From the NCBI GenBank assembly GCA_052146795.1, contig JBKQMH010000151.1, forward strand, positions 1,502-65,501: DNA of 64,000 bases. Direction: 5' to 3'. The DNA comes from Verrucomicrobiia bacterium. GTDB lineage: Bacteria > Verrucomicrobiota > Verrucomicrobiia > Palsa-1439. Each line of letters opens with the position of its first letter. The first letter of the stretch is position 1. Under the pieces are notes generated by a model that saw only the letters and a list, made by a program, of their open reading frames with translations, was not told the DNA's origin and did not search any database. A program made the translations under genes and the position numbers. This document shows, one piece after another, positions 47,028-56,726 of the stretch.

Positions 47028-48540
47028 GAGCGAATTCCTTCCGTGTTTCCATTCCGCCTGGCGACGCAATCATCTCGGGTTTGCAAACGGCCAACTCCAG
47101 GGTAATTGTCGTTCCTTTTCCCGGCTCGCTATCCACCGCGATGGTGCCGTGGTGCTTCTCAATGATCGTGCGGGTGATCGACAGTCCGAGGCCTGTGCCG
47201 CGATGTTTCGTGGTGAAAAATGGGGAGAAAATCTTGGCGAGATGCTCGCGCGCAATCCCAACTCCTGTGTCCCGCACCCGGATGCGGACAATGCCGCCGC
47301 CATCGCGCTTGGCTGATTCTGTGGAGACGGTGAGCGTCCCGCCGCCGGGCATGGCCTGAACGGCGTTAAGCAGGATGTTGAGCAGTGCCTGCTGCATTTG
47401 CCCCGGATCGGCGAAGATGTGCGGCAGATCGGCGGCCAACCGCTCCTCGATTTTGATATGAAACTTCTGGGCGTCGGGCCGTACCAGCGCGAGCATCGGC
47501 CGGATGAATCCGTGCACGTCGCAGGGCGCCATCTCCGGATCACGGAGCCGCGCGAATTCGAGAAGATCGTGCAGCGTGCGGTTGAGCCGGGTGATCTGGC
47601 GATGAATCTCAGCGACGATTTCGGCCCGCTGGCCGTTGAGGTTGTTCTCTTCCGATAACACCTCCACCGCCGCGCCGATTCCGGCAAGCGGATTACGAAT
47701 TTCGTGCGCGATGCCCGAGGCCAGCTCGCCGATCGATGCCAGCTTGCCGGCTTGCTGGATTTGCTTCTGATGCGATTCCTCAAGTTCCCGCGTGGCGTTG
47801 TCGAGGCTTTGCACCATCGCGTTAAAACCGCTGGCGAGTTCGCCGATTTCATCCCCGGTCTCGGTCACCGCTCGGGCGTCGAGGTCGCCCGTTTGCACTT
47901 TGCGCATCTGTTCGAGTACGCGGCTGACGGGCTGCGTGACGAGCCGCACAATGAGCAGCCACAGCACGATGCCGACCAGCACGAAAATCACCACCCCGTA
48001 CACGATCAGCAGATTGCGGTTGCTGGCGACGCTGGCCTCGGCGGGGGCGAGTGATTTCTCCACGACGATGGCGCCGATGACGGCGGATTTCGGATCGTGG
48101 CAACGCTGGCAACTCTCGCTGTTGAGCACCGGCCGCATCACCACGGAGAGCCGCTGGCCGTCCTCGACGCGGGTGCCCTGCAACACCTGATTTTCGGTGA
48201 ACAACTCCGGCGGCACCGACATCACCGCGCGTTGCACCTCCTGCGTGTCGGTCGAGAACACCACCGTGCCGTCGGGTTTGATGAGGCGTCCGCGCCAAAT
48301 CTCGTCCGCGCCCTTTAGCTTTTGCAGGAACCCCTGCACCTCTTCATGGCGTTCGCTGAGCATGACGCCGTTGAGGTACTCGTGGACGAGCGACGCGGCG
48401 ATCAGGTTTTGCGCCTGGGTGCGCTCGTGCCACCACGCGCTCTGCACGCGAATGACAAAGTACGTGTAGATCGCAATCACCACGGCAACCGTCACGCCGA
48501 CCGCAACCAACATTTTCGCGGTGAGGTTGCGTCTAAACAT
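47014..48540 (-). CDS. Sensor histidine kinase with periplasmic haem-c (CxxCH) sensor domain
   Basis: TM-periplasmic domain-TM-HAMP-HisKA (AHEIRNPL)-HATPase (GTGLGLSI). The periplasmic segment contains CQRCH (nt 48097..48111). Confidence 0.8.
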   Translation of the reverse strand: MFRRNLTAKMLVAVGVTVAVVIAIYTYFVIRVQSAWWHERTQAQNLIAASLVHEYLNGVMLSERHEEVQGFLQKLKGADEIWRGRLIKPDGTVVFSTDTQEVQRAVMSVPPELFTENQVLQGTRVEDGQRLSVVMRPVLNSESCQRCHDPKSAVIGAIVVEKSLAPAEASVASNRNLLIVYGVVIFVLVGIVLWLLIVRLVTQPVSRVLEQMRKVQTGDLDARAVTETGDEIGELASGFNAMVQSLDNATRELEESHQKQIQQAGKLASIGELASGIAHEIRNPLAGIGAAVEVLSEENNLNGQRAEIVAEIHRQITRLNRTLHDLLEFARLRDPEMAPCDVHGFIRPMLALVRPDAQKFHIKIEERLAADLPHIFADPGQMQQALLNILLNAVQAMPGGGTLTVSTESAKRDGGGIVRIRVRDTGVGIAREHLAKIFSPFFTTKHRGTGLGLSITRTIIEKHHGTIAVDSEPGKGTTITLELAVCKPEMIASPGGMETRKEFAHVEN

Positions 48541-49819
48541 GGCCGCTCGCCTCCATCGGGCCGATTACCCTCACATGCTCCGTCGCAGACGCGTGCGAGT
48601 GGCCGCCAATATCCGGATGCTCGAACAACGGCAGGTAACGCGCCGCCAACCCGAAGAGTACGACCCCAAACGAAAGCAGATTCAGTACGACGGTGATCTC
48701 AATCCATGACGGGAAGTAGTTCGAGTGGGTCGCCGGCAACAGGCCGATCCAGGCGACGTTGAGCCGATTCAGGTTAACCCCCAGGATGACGGGAATCGCC
48801 GCGGCAAACGCCCAGCGCCGACGGCCCGACCATCGCGTCTTCAGCACCACGAACAATGGCAGCGTCAGCAGCAGCATCTCCAGGGTGAACGTGAAACCCT
48901 GAAGCGGGCAGCGGAATATATACATCCACGCATTCCGCGCCGTGAGATCCGCGATGCGGAGAAACAGATAGAGAAACAGTAGCGGCGTCATCCCCTTGGC
49001 CAGCGACGTGAGCACGCGCGGTTCCAGCGGCTTGTGGAATATCCAGAACGACAAGGCGGACACGAAGATCGCCATCGCAAAACCAGAAATGAGCGCGCTA
49101 ATGAAGAACAGGATCGGCAGTAGCGGCGTATACCACAGCGGCAACAGCTTGGTGGGTAGAATGAGGAACAGTGAGCCGAGCGACGACTGGTGCAACGTCG
49201 AGAGGATTACGCCGCAAATGACAAAGGGGACGGTGATCGCGTGTACGGCACGTGACACGCGCGTCCAGCCCAGTTTATCGAGCAGGATCGGCGCGAACTC
49301 CACGGACAGCACGCCCGTGTAGAGCATGACGCACCAGGACACTTCAAACAGTACCGAGTGATGTTGCCAGTAGAAGATCGGTCGCCAGATTTGGTGGTAT
49401 CGACCGAGATCGACGAGCAACGCGCCGGAGGCCGACAGCATGTAGCCGAGATACGCAGCCAGAACCACCGGCCGAAGGATCGGGTAAAACGTGCGGATGC
49501 GAAAGATATACACCATGCACGCCGTGAGGAACCCGCCCGCCGCAAAGGCGATTCCGCAGACAACCAACGCTTTCCAGATGCCCCATGGAAATTGATCGGT
49601 AAGATTCGTCACCGCGCCGAGGCCCAGTGCATACCGTGAGGTGAACCCGTAACCTCCCAGACCCCAGAGCACGATCAGCAATGACCAGCCAAATACGCCC
49701 GACAGGTGCTTGGGAGTTTGACGGCCGGAGAGCAACCAGCAAGCGAACACCGCACCGCACATCATGACCAAGACGCCGATGACGCGGAACAATGCCAGGA
49801 TCCAGTTAAAATCGTTCAT
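48533..49819 (-). CDS. NrfD/PsrC-family integral membrane quinone-interacting subunit (module A)
   Basis: Start at MNDFNWIL. About 10 TM segments; paralog of 51574..52878 (DQFPWGIW, YWQHHSVLFEV). Confidence 0.7.
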   Translation of the reverse strand: MNDFNWILALFRVIGVLVMMCGAVFACWLLSGRQTPKHLSGVFGWSLLIVLWGLGGYGFTSRYALGLGAVTNLTDQFPWGIWKALVVCGIAFAAGGFLTACMVYIFRIRTFYPILRPVVLAAYLGYMLSASGALLVDLGRYHQIWRPIFYWQHHSVLFEVSWCVMLYTGVLSVEFAPILLDKLGWTRVSRAVHAITVPFVICGVILSTLHQSSLGSLFLILPTKLLPLWYTPLLPILFFISALISGFAMAIFVSALSFWIFHKPLEPRVLTSLAKGMTPLLFLYLFLRIADLTARNAWMYIFRCPLQGFTFTLEMLLLTLPLFVVLKTRWSGRRRWAFAAAIPVILGVNLNRLNVAWIGLLPATHSNYFPSWIEITVVLNLLSFGVVLFGLAARYLPLFEHPDIGGHSHASATEHVRVIGPMEASGHV

Positions 49820-50673
49820 GGCCGCTCCGTCGGGTTCCGTGTCCGCCAGCGAACCACCGCGCTCAGGACCAAGCCGACACCGATGACCACAAATGGCACC
49901 TTCGAAATGGCCTTCCACGTCAGCGATGGCAGCGGATCCTTTGGCAGGCCGCGCGGGAACCCGAGATCTTCCGGCGCGGTATCGGACAAGTACAACCACG
50001 ATGTGCCACCGGCAACGTCTTCGCCGTATAGCGACGTGTAGCGGTTCGGTTGCGTGTCCAGCCGGGCCTTCGCCTCCTGCAACAACTCGCGGCGTTTCCC
50101 AAACTTCAGCGTGACGGTCGGACACGCGGCGACGCAGGCCGGGGATTGGCCTTTCGCCTGACGGTCGGCGCAGAAATCACATTTGGCGACGCGCGGCATG
50201 AACGCGTTGTTCCACTCGTACTTCGGCACACCGAACGGACAGGCCAGAATGCAGTAGCGGCAGCCGATACAGATGCTCTCGTTGTAAACGACCGGCCCGC
50301 TCGCGGTCTTCTCCAATGCCCCGACGGGGCAGACCGACACACACGCCGGGTCCAGGCAGTGCATGCATTGCCGTTTCACCGGCTGTTTGGGTTTCGTGTT
50401 CCCGTCCCGGAAATCGATGAACGTCCGCGTGCGAAAACTCAGTTTGCCGTCGCCGGCGCCGTAACCAATTGCTTCGGTGGGAAGGGCATCGAAGCCCGCT
50501 CGTACCCGGCAGGCGTTCTCGCAGGCCCGGCAGCCGATGCAGCGCGTGAGGTCCACCAAGACGCCGGCCGATGCTGACGGCTCAACCGGCGATTCCGCGA
50601 GAAGGGCGCGAGCAGACGCGATCGTCAACGCGCCGGTCGCCGCGGTCTTGAAGAATTGTCGACGGGAAATCAT
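49816..50673 (-). CDS. Tat-exported 4x[4Fe-4S] ferredoxin subunit (NrfC/PsrB/HybA-like) with C-terminal TM anchor (module A)
   Basis: MISRRQFFK twin-arginine signal. Four Cys clusters (CIGCRACENAC, CMHCLDPACVSVCP, CIGCRYCILACP, CDFC...CVAACP). Confidence 0.85.
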   Translation of the reverse strand: MISRRQFFKTAATGALTIASARALLAESPVEPSASAGVLVDLTRCIGCRACENACRVRAGFDALPTEAIGYGAGDGKLSFRTRTFIDFRDGNTKPKQPVKRQCMHCLDPACVSVCPVGALEKTASGPVVYNESICIGCRYCILACPFGVPKYEWNNAFMPRVAKCDFCADRQAKGQSPACVAACPTVTLKFGKRRELLQEAKARLDTQPNRYTSLYGEDVAGGTSWLYLSDTAPEDLGFPRGLPKDPLPSLTWKAISKVPFVVIGVGLVLSAVVRWRTRNPTERP

Positions 50674-51587
50674 CGCGGCGGCTCCCCGTGTTTCTTTCGG
50701 CGGAAATGCGGCAACGCGACGCCCAGAAAAATGCCCAACAGGAACGACAGGCCGACCACGGGCGGAAACACGCGGCGGTTGGCCGCGAGTATCTCGCGCA
50801 ATTTGGCGGTTTCCGTTTCCAACTCAGTGAGACGCGCCTCGAGTTTTTCCGGTGCGACCGCTTTGAGTCGGTGGACCTCTTCTTCTAGCGTGGCGTTTTC
50901 GTGGCTCGCGTGCACCATATCGCGGTGGCAATTGGCGCAGGTCTCGGCACCGACGCCGAACGTGTGGCCGCGCACGCCGAGGCCGCGGGTCTTCATACCG
51001 ACGCCCTTCACCTCGGGCATGTGACAGCTCAGGCAGTGCAGGCCTTCAATCGCGTGGGTCGCATGGGAGAAGTCCTTGAGCCGTTCCGTGTGGCAGGTGC
51101 CGCACATTTGGTCGGGCTGGTCTTTGTGCAGTTGCATCCCATGCATCTTGTGGCAATCGAAACAGCGGATGTTCTTCTGGCCGTGCGCACTGACCCGCCA
51201 TTCGCCATAGGTAATGGCATGGCAGCTTTGGCACACTTCGGACGTGACGGGCAGCGTCAACTTCGATTTGTCCGGGTGATCGTCCTTCATGACGCCGTGG
51301 CAGGACTCGCAACTGACACCGTCATGCGAAACCTTGCCCGATTTCGGGTCGGACCGGCTGGTGTGGCAGACGAGGCATTCCCATTTCTTGCCCTCGGTCG
51401 TCCACTCGTTCAGGAACATGTCGTTTATCGTTTGGGCGTGGGGCGAGCCCTGCCAATCCTTCACCTCCTGCTCGTGGCACAGCGCACACCGCTCGGATTC
51501 TTTCTCTTCACCCTGTGCGCGCACGGCGGTCGGCACGAGTGCCAGCACGGCTGCAAGGACAATCACGGTTTGTCTAGGAAGACACAT
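50670..51587 (-). CDS. Octahaem cytochrome c with C-terminal TM anchor (module A)
   Basis: 8 CxxCH in ~250 aa; coiled-coil then hydrophobic helix at the C-terminus. Confidence 0.85.
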   Translation of the reverse strand: MCLPRQTVIVLAAVLALVPTAVRAQGEEKESERCALCHEQEVKDWQGSPHAQTINDMFLNEWTTEGKKWECLVCHTSRSDPKSGKVSHDGVSCESCHGVMKDDHPDKSKLTLPVTSEVCQSCHAITYGEWRVSAHGQKNIRCFDCHKMHGMQLHKDQPDQMCGTCHTERLKDFSHATHAIEGLHCLSCHMPEVKGVGMKTRGLGVRGHTFGVGAETCANCHRDMVHASHENATLEEEVHRLKAVAPEKLEARLTELETETAKLREILAANRRVFPPVVGLSFLLGIFLGVALPHFRRKKHGEPPR

Positions 51588-52878
51588 CTAGTGGACTCTC
51601 TTTCTCGTCTGCGACCTTCGATCCTGGTTCCGAAACTCCTTGTGGATGTTGCGGCTTCTTGCCGATGTCGGGATGCTCGAACAGGGGGAGGTAGCGCGCC
51701 GCCAACCCGAAACACACCACCCCCAGGGAAATCAGATTGAGCGTGACCACCAGTTCCTGCCACGAGGGCACATAAATGGCTTCCGCCGAGGGAAGCATGT
51801 GAAACCACGCGACGTTCAGACGATTCACAATCACCGCGGCCACCACGAGAGCCGCCGCCCAGAAAACGATCCGCGGCTGGCGAACCAATCGTGGACTCAG
51901 CAGAATAAAGGTGGGCACCAGCAGCAAAGTCATCTCCAGGAAAAAGGTGAAGGTTTGGAAGGGGAGCGGCGCCAGGTACACCCACTTGCCCCGCACCGTC
52001 ATGTCGATCACGCGGATGGTCAGCAACAGGAGGATCACCAGCGGAATCACCCGCGCCAGCGAGGTGATGATCGGCGCCTCCAGACTCCGCTGGAACGCCC
52101 GTGCGGAAAGGGTGGACTCCACAATCGTCATCGCCAGGCCTACGGCCACGGCGCTGATGAGAAAATACAGCGGCAGCAAGGGCGAATACGTGGTCGGCCA
52201 CAATTTCTCGGGCACGATCAGGAACAGCGCTCCCAGCGACGATTGGTGCAGCGTGGATAGAATGACGCCGGCAATTACCACCGGAATCGTAATCGAGTGG
52301 ACAAACCGCAGCGCGCGATGCCAATGAAACCTTTCCAACAGAAGCGGCAGGAACTCCACAGTGAGCACGATGTTGTACAACGTCACGCACCAGCCGACCT
52401 CGAACATCACCGAATGATGCTGCCAGTAAATCATCGGATGCCAGATGTTATACGGCCGGCCCAGATCGACCATCAGTCCCCCGACCACGAGCAGGTAGCC
52501 CAGATACGCCGTGAGCACCGCCGGCCGCAGGATCGGGTAGAATTTCCTCAGCCCAAAGATATACACCGCGCCGGCAGTCAAAAATCCGCCTGCGGACAAG
52601 GCGACACCGCTGAGCACATCGAACCCAATCCAGATGCCCCACGGAAACGTATCCGAAAGGTTCGTCATTGCGCCCAACCCGCCCGTAAACCGCGTCACGA
52701 CCGCCATGCCCCCCAGCGCCCAGAGAATCGGCAACAGCACCCACCACGCCAAGCCGAGGCTGACCTGCTGCGGTACTTTTCGGCCAGCCAGCAACCAGCA
52801 CGCACCCACTGCCAGCCCACCCATGACCAGCGCGGCGACCGCCTTGAGCAGAATCACCAGATAGACCGACTCAGACAT
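51574..52878 (-). CDS. NrfD/PsrC-family membrane subunit (module B)
   Basis: Paralog of 48533..49819. Confidence 0.7.
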   Translation of the reverse strand: MSESVYLVILLKAVAALVMGGLAVGACWLLAGRKVPQQVSLGLAWWVLLPILWALGGMAVVTRFTGGLGAMTNLSDTFPWGIWIGFDVLSGVALSAGGFLTAGAVYIFGLRKFYPILRPAVLTAYLGYLLVVGGLMVDLGRPYNIWHPMIYWQHHSVMFEVGWCVTLYNIVLTVEFLPLLLERFHWHRALRFVHSITIPVVIAGVILSTLHQSSLGALFLIVPEKLWPTTYSPLLPLYFLISAVAVGLAMTIVESTLSARAFQRSLEAPIITSLARVIPLVILLLLTIRVIDMTVRGKWVYLAPLPFQTFTFFLEMTLLLVPTFILLSPRLVRQPRIVFWAAALVVAAVIVNRLNVAWFHMLPSAEAIYVPSWQELVVTLNLISLGVVCFGLAARYLPLFEHPDIGKKPQHPQGVSEPGSKVADEKESPLDVSS

Positions 52879-53737
52879 GCACAAGCCTCCGGTTTCGCAA
52901 CCGGTAAATCCCGCTGAGCACCAGTGCCAGCGTGACCACCACGATCGGCACCTTCGAGAGCGCCTTCCACGTCAAGGATGGAAGGGCGACCGACGGCAGG
53001 TCAGTGCGAAACCCCAGTTGGTCCATGGGCACGTCCGAGAGGTAAATCCACGCAGTGCCGCCGACCACCTTGTCGCCGTAGATCGAGACGTAACGCTTGG
53101 GATTGGCCGATAACCGCAGCAGCGCTTCGCGCAGAATCTCCGGCCGCTTGCCAAACCTCAGTGTGCCGGTGGGGCACGCCGCCACGCACGCCGGCACCCG
53201 GCCGTCAGCCACGCGGTCGTCGCAGAAATCACACTTGCCCACGCGCGGCGTCACCCCCTCGTTCCATTCGTAGCGAGGTACGCTGAACGGGCAGGCAATC
53301 ATGCAGTAGCGGCACCCAATGCACCGCGACGCCTCATACACCACCGAGCCGCGCGGCGTCTTGTGCAACGCCGCCACTGGACAGGCCGAGACGCACGCTG
53401 CATCCAGACAGTGCATGCATTGTTTCTTGACGGAGAATCTGGTCTTGGCGGCTGGCTGACCGTGCGCCGTCCGAAAGTCCACAAACGTCCAGGTTGTGAA
53501 CGAGAGCCGACCTTCGCCGGGACCGTAGCCGAAACCCTCCGTTGGCAGGCCCGGCCGGTTCTGGCGCACCCGGCAGGCATTTTCACAGGCGCGGCAGCCG
53601 ATACAGCGGGTCAGGTCCACCAACACGCTGGATTGCTGGTCCGGATTTACCGGCGGTTCGTCGGCCGTGGCGCGCACCGGCAACAGTATCGCTCCCAACC
53701 CCGCCGCGCCCGTCGTGAGAAATCGGCGGCGCGACAT
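52871..53737 (-). CDS. Tat-exported 4x[4Fe-4S] ferredoxin subunit (module B)
   Basis: Starts MSRRRFLTTGAAGLG (ATG at 53735..53737). The 562-aa track ORF is an out-of-frame N-extension. Paralog of 49816..50673. Confidence 0.85.
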   Translation of the reverse strand: MSRRRFLTTGAAGLGAILLPVRATADEPPVNPDQQSSVLVDLTRCIGCRACENACRVRQNRPGLPTEGFGYGPGEGRLSFTTWTFVDFRTAHGQPAAKTRFSVKKQCMHCLDAACVSACPVAALHKTPRGSVVYEASRCIGCRYCMIACPFSVPRYEWNEGVTPRVGKCDFCDDRVADGRVPACVAACPTGTLRFGKRPEILREALLRLSANPKRYVSIYGDKVVGGTAWIYLSDVPMDQLGFRTDLPSVALPSLTWKALSKVPIVVVTLALVLSGIYRLRNRRLVHV

Positions 53738-53838
53738 TCCCCCGGGGTGGTCATTCTGAGCGCGGGGAAGAAGCTTTGGATCGCCTCCCTTGTGGGGATC
53801 TTCGCTTCGGTCAGGGTGAAAGACTGGAAAAGCGGCGT

Positions 53839-54759
53839 TCATTTCGACAGTCCCTCCCTCGTAGGTTTCCGACTGCGGCGATGGACCACGGCGTACTCGA
53901 TGGCCACGCCGAGACAAAAGGCCACAACCACGATTACGGAGAACACCCGTCGGTTGGCCCGCACCGCCGCGCGCAGTTGGTCGTTTTCCTTCCGCTCGTC
54001 GGTGACCTGTTTCTGCAGTGTTTCCGGAGTCATCTCCTTGAGGCGCTGCACCTCGCTCTCCAAGACGGCAATGTCGCTGCGGCTGTGCACCATTTCCTTG
54101 TGGCAAATGGCACAGGTCTCCGCGCCAACACTGAACGCGTGCCCGCGCGCGCCGGTCCCCTTGATCTTCAGCCCGGCGTTCATCACCTCCGGCATGTGGC
54201 AATCGATGCACTTCACGCCCTTGACGTGATGGGTCGCGTGCGAGTAGTCCTTCAACCGTTCCGTGTGGCAGGTGCCGCACATTTGGTCCGGGTCGTCCTT
54301 GCGCAGCTTCATCTCGTGCATCTTGTGGCAGTCGAAGCAGCGGATGTTCTTCTGGCCGTGACGGCTGATACGCCACTCGCCGTAGGTAATGCTGTGACAG
54401 GACTGACACGTCTCGGCGGTCACGGGCAACAGCTTCTTCACCTTGTCGGGATGGTCCGCAGTCGCCGGCCCGTGACAGGACTGGCAACTCACGCCGGCAT
54501 GAGAGAACGTGCCGGTCTTGCGGTCGTACTGGCTGGTGTGGCAGACGAGGCATTCCCACTTCTCACCTTCCTGGTCCCACTCGGCGAGAAATCGGCTGTT
54601 GATGGTGTGCGCGTGTGGCGAGTCCGTCCACTCTTTCGTTTCCTGCTCGTGGCAGAGGGCGCAGGTGTCGGATTCCTTTTCCTCGTCGGCCCCCCACACG
54701 GGCGCCAGTGGGACGAGCGTCACCAGCAACGCCGCAACCATCAATTCGGAGCGAGTCAT
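53839..54759 (-). CDS. Octahaem cytochrome c with C-terminal TM anchor (module B)
   Basis: Start at MTRSELMVAALL (signal peptide). 8 CxxCH. Paralog of 50670..51587. Confidence 0.85.
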   Translation of the reverse strand: MTRSELMVAALLVTLVPLAPVWGADEEKESDTCALCHEQETKEWTDSPHAHTINSRFLAEWDQEGEKWECLVCHTSQYDRKTGTFSHAGVSCQSCHGPATADHPDKVKKLLPVTAETCQSCHSITYGEWRISRHGQKNIRCFDCHKMHEMKLRKDDPDQMCGTCHTERLKDYSHATHHVKGVKCIDCHMPEVMNAGLKIKGTGARGHAFSVGAETCAICHKEMVHSRSDIAVLESEVQRLKEMTPETLQKQVTDERKENDQLRAAVRANRRVFSVIVVVAFCLGVAIEYAVVHRRSRKPTREGLSK

Positions 54760-56726
54760 CGCGGGGTCTTTCCTTTCTCCAGCTCCGCGGCCGGAGCTTC
54801 GGGTTTGGGTTTCGGCGCGCACGGGTCAGGGGCATGCGCCCCCTTCTTGCCGATCAACCAGGCGGGGTTCATCGGGTACTCCTTCGGATCGAAGATGACC
54901 CAGTAGAAATGCCAGACCAGAATTGCCAGGGTCGCCAAGACCGCCTCGTAGTAATGGATCACCTGGGCCACATCGTGCCACACCTTGGGGACCAATCGCA
55001 GCACCGTGTTGGTGAAAATCAGCATCGCCCCTGTAATAATCATCACGAACGAGCCCCAGACCAGCGCCCAATACTCGGCCTTTTCGGCGTAGTTCCAGCG
55101 ACGGTGCGGCGGCGGCGTCTGACGCAGGCCGAGGTTGAACGCCAACTGGGCAGCGGCGTCCCGCAGATCGTGCGGCACCATCCATAACGTCCACAAGTAG
55201 CTGCGGCCCCGGCGGGTGCCGACCAGGGTGAACAGATGCACCACGAAGAACACCGCGAACGTCCAGCCGCAGACGCGATGGATCATCCCCCGAATGTAGG
55301 CCCCCGTCTCCCCGAGCGCACGGAACGGCCAACTCCAACCCGCGTCGGGAAACTTGTGCGCGAATCCCGTATAGGCCAGCAGGATGAACAGCACCGTCAG
55401 CAGCCAATGTTGGGCGCGCACCAGTCGCGTCAAACGCGGTTCTGCGTGCGCGTCCGCGTTCACGGCGCGGACGTGGGCGCGGGTTTTGCGCAGATAGTCG
55501 AGCAGATTGAAGGTGGACATGCCGCCGATGGTCAGCAGAATCAAGCCGATGTAGAGCCGGGAGATGAAATTCACCAGCCACGGTTTGCCTTCCGCGGCCC
55601 CCGGCGGCGCGTGAATGCGGAAGAACTCCGCGCTGAGCCGATTGCCAATGCCAGGATGACACTTCCCGCAAGTCTCCGGCAGGTTCTTCGGATTAATTGT
55701 CGAGAGCGGATCGCTCGCGGGCAGGATGTCATGGATGCCATGACACGAGGCACAATTGGCCGCGGTCAGGTTGCCGCCTTGCAAGGCCAATCCGTGAAAG
55801 CTTTGCACATACGTCGTAAATACGTTTGGCGGCAGACGATACTGTGTCACGATCCGCTGCGCGGCGTGACACTGACCGCAGGTCTCGGGGATGTTGGCGG
55901 GCGACACGCGGGAGGTGGCCAGTTTGACGGCTTGGATCGAGTGTTCGCCATGACAATCGGTGCAGACGGGCGCGTCGCGGACGCCGCTCTTGACCGCTCG
56001 GCCGTGAACGCTACGGAGGTAGGTTTGTTCAACGTTTTCGTGGCATTTGCCGCAGGTGCTGGGGACATTCTGCCAGTAGAGCTTCGACGCGGGATTGGTC
56101 GACCGATGCAAGTTGTGGGAGCCGTGGCAATCCGTGCACACCGCGGCGTTGATTTCACCTTTTTGCAGCAGCGCGATCCCGTGGACGCTCGAATCGTAGC
56201 TCACGATCGGCGTGCGCTGACGGAGATGAAACTTCTCCATTTCCGCCGTGTTGGCGTGACAGCGCCCGCAGGTCTGGGGAAGATTGGTGCGGTACACCGG
56301 CGAGGCGGGGTTGCGATAGTTCAGCAAGTAGTGGTTGTTGCCGTGGCAGTCCTTGCAGGAGGCCGCCTCCGGCACGCCCTTGTGGATCGCCTGGCCGTGA
56401 TCGCTGTTCAAATAAATTTCCGTCTCGACCCGGTGGCACTGGCTGCAACTAACCGGCTTGGCCTGGAAATTGTCCGGATGCGGCACGTCGGTGATGTCCG
56501 AGTGGCAACTCGTGCACAGGTTCTTGGCGTGGATCGATCCGTCGAATTTGCCCTCGTCCACAAACAGCGAGACCGCCTGGCCGGTGGCGTTGGTCGTCAC
56601 CAAATTCCGGTCGCTGTGGCACGCAAAACAGTCGGAGTTGTCGATCGCCGAGGCGCTCGGTGAGGTCGCGGGCAGTGCCGCGACCAGCATCATCGAGAGC
56701 ACGACCGAACGGATCGGCGTCCTCAT
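54756..56726 (-). CDS. Undecahaem cytochrome c fused to C-terminal dihaem-b-type (FdnI/HydC-like) membrane domain (CbcL-like), copy 1
   Basis: Start MRTPIRSVVLSMMLVA (ATG 56724..56726). 11 CxxCH. C-terminal ~250 aa has 4-5 TM helices with His-bearing motifs. Confidence 0.8.
   Translation of the reverse strand: MRTPIRSVVLSMMLVAALPATSPSASAIDNSDCFACHSDRNLVTTNATGQAVSLFVDEGKFDGSIHAKNLCTSCHSDITDVPHPDNFQAKPVSCSQCHRVETEIYLNSDHGQAIHKGVPEAASCKDCHGNNHYLLNYRNPASPVYRTNLPQTCGRCHANTAEMEKFHLRQRTPIVSYDSSVHGIALLQKGEINAAVCTDCHGSHNLHRSTNPASKLYWQNVPSTCGKCHENVEQTYLRSVHGRAVKSGVRDAPVCTDCHGEHSIQAVKLATSRVSPANIPETCGQCHAAQRIVTQYRLPPNVFTTYVQSFHGLALQGGNLTAANCASCHGIHDILPASDPLSTINPKNLPETCGKCHPGIGNRLSAEFFRIHAPPGAAEGKPWLVNFISRLYIGLILLTIGGMSTFNLLDYLRKTRAHVRAVNADAHAEPRLTRLVRAQHWLLTVLFILLAYTGFAHKFPDAGWSWPFRALGETGAYIRGMIHRVCGWTFAVFFVVHLFTLVGTRRGRSYLWTLWMVPHDLRDAAAQLAFNLGLRQTPPPHRRWNYAEKAEYWALVWGSFVMIITGAMLIFTNTVLRLVPKVWHDVAQVIHYYEAVLATLAILVWHFYWVIFDPKEYPMNPAWLIGKKGAHAPDPCAPKPKPEAPAAELEKGKTPR

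Noticed and set aside
52871-54559. 562-aa track ORF
   Set aside because: Only the last 288 codons (from MSRRRFL, 53737) form the Tat FeS protein. The N-terminal ~270 aa are an out-of-frame read across the octahaem cytochrome gene (Arg/Pro/Gly-rich).
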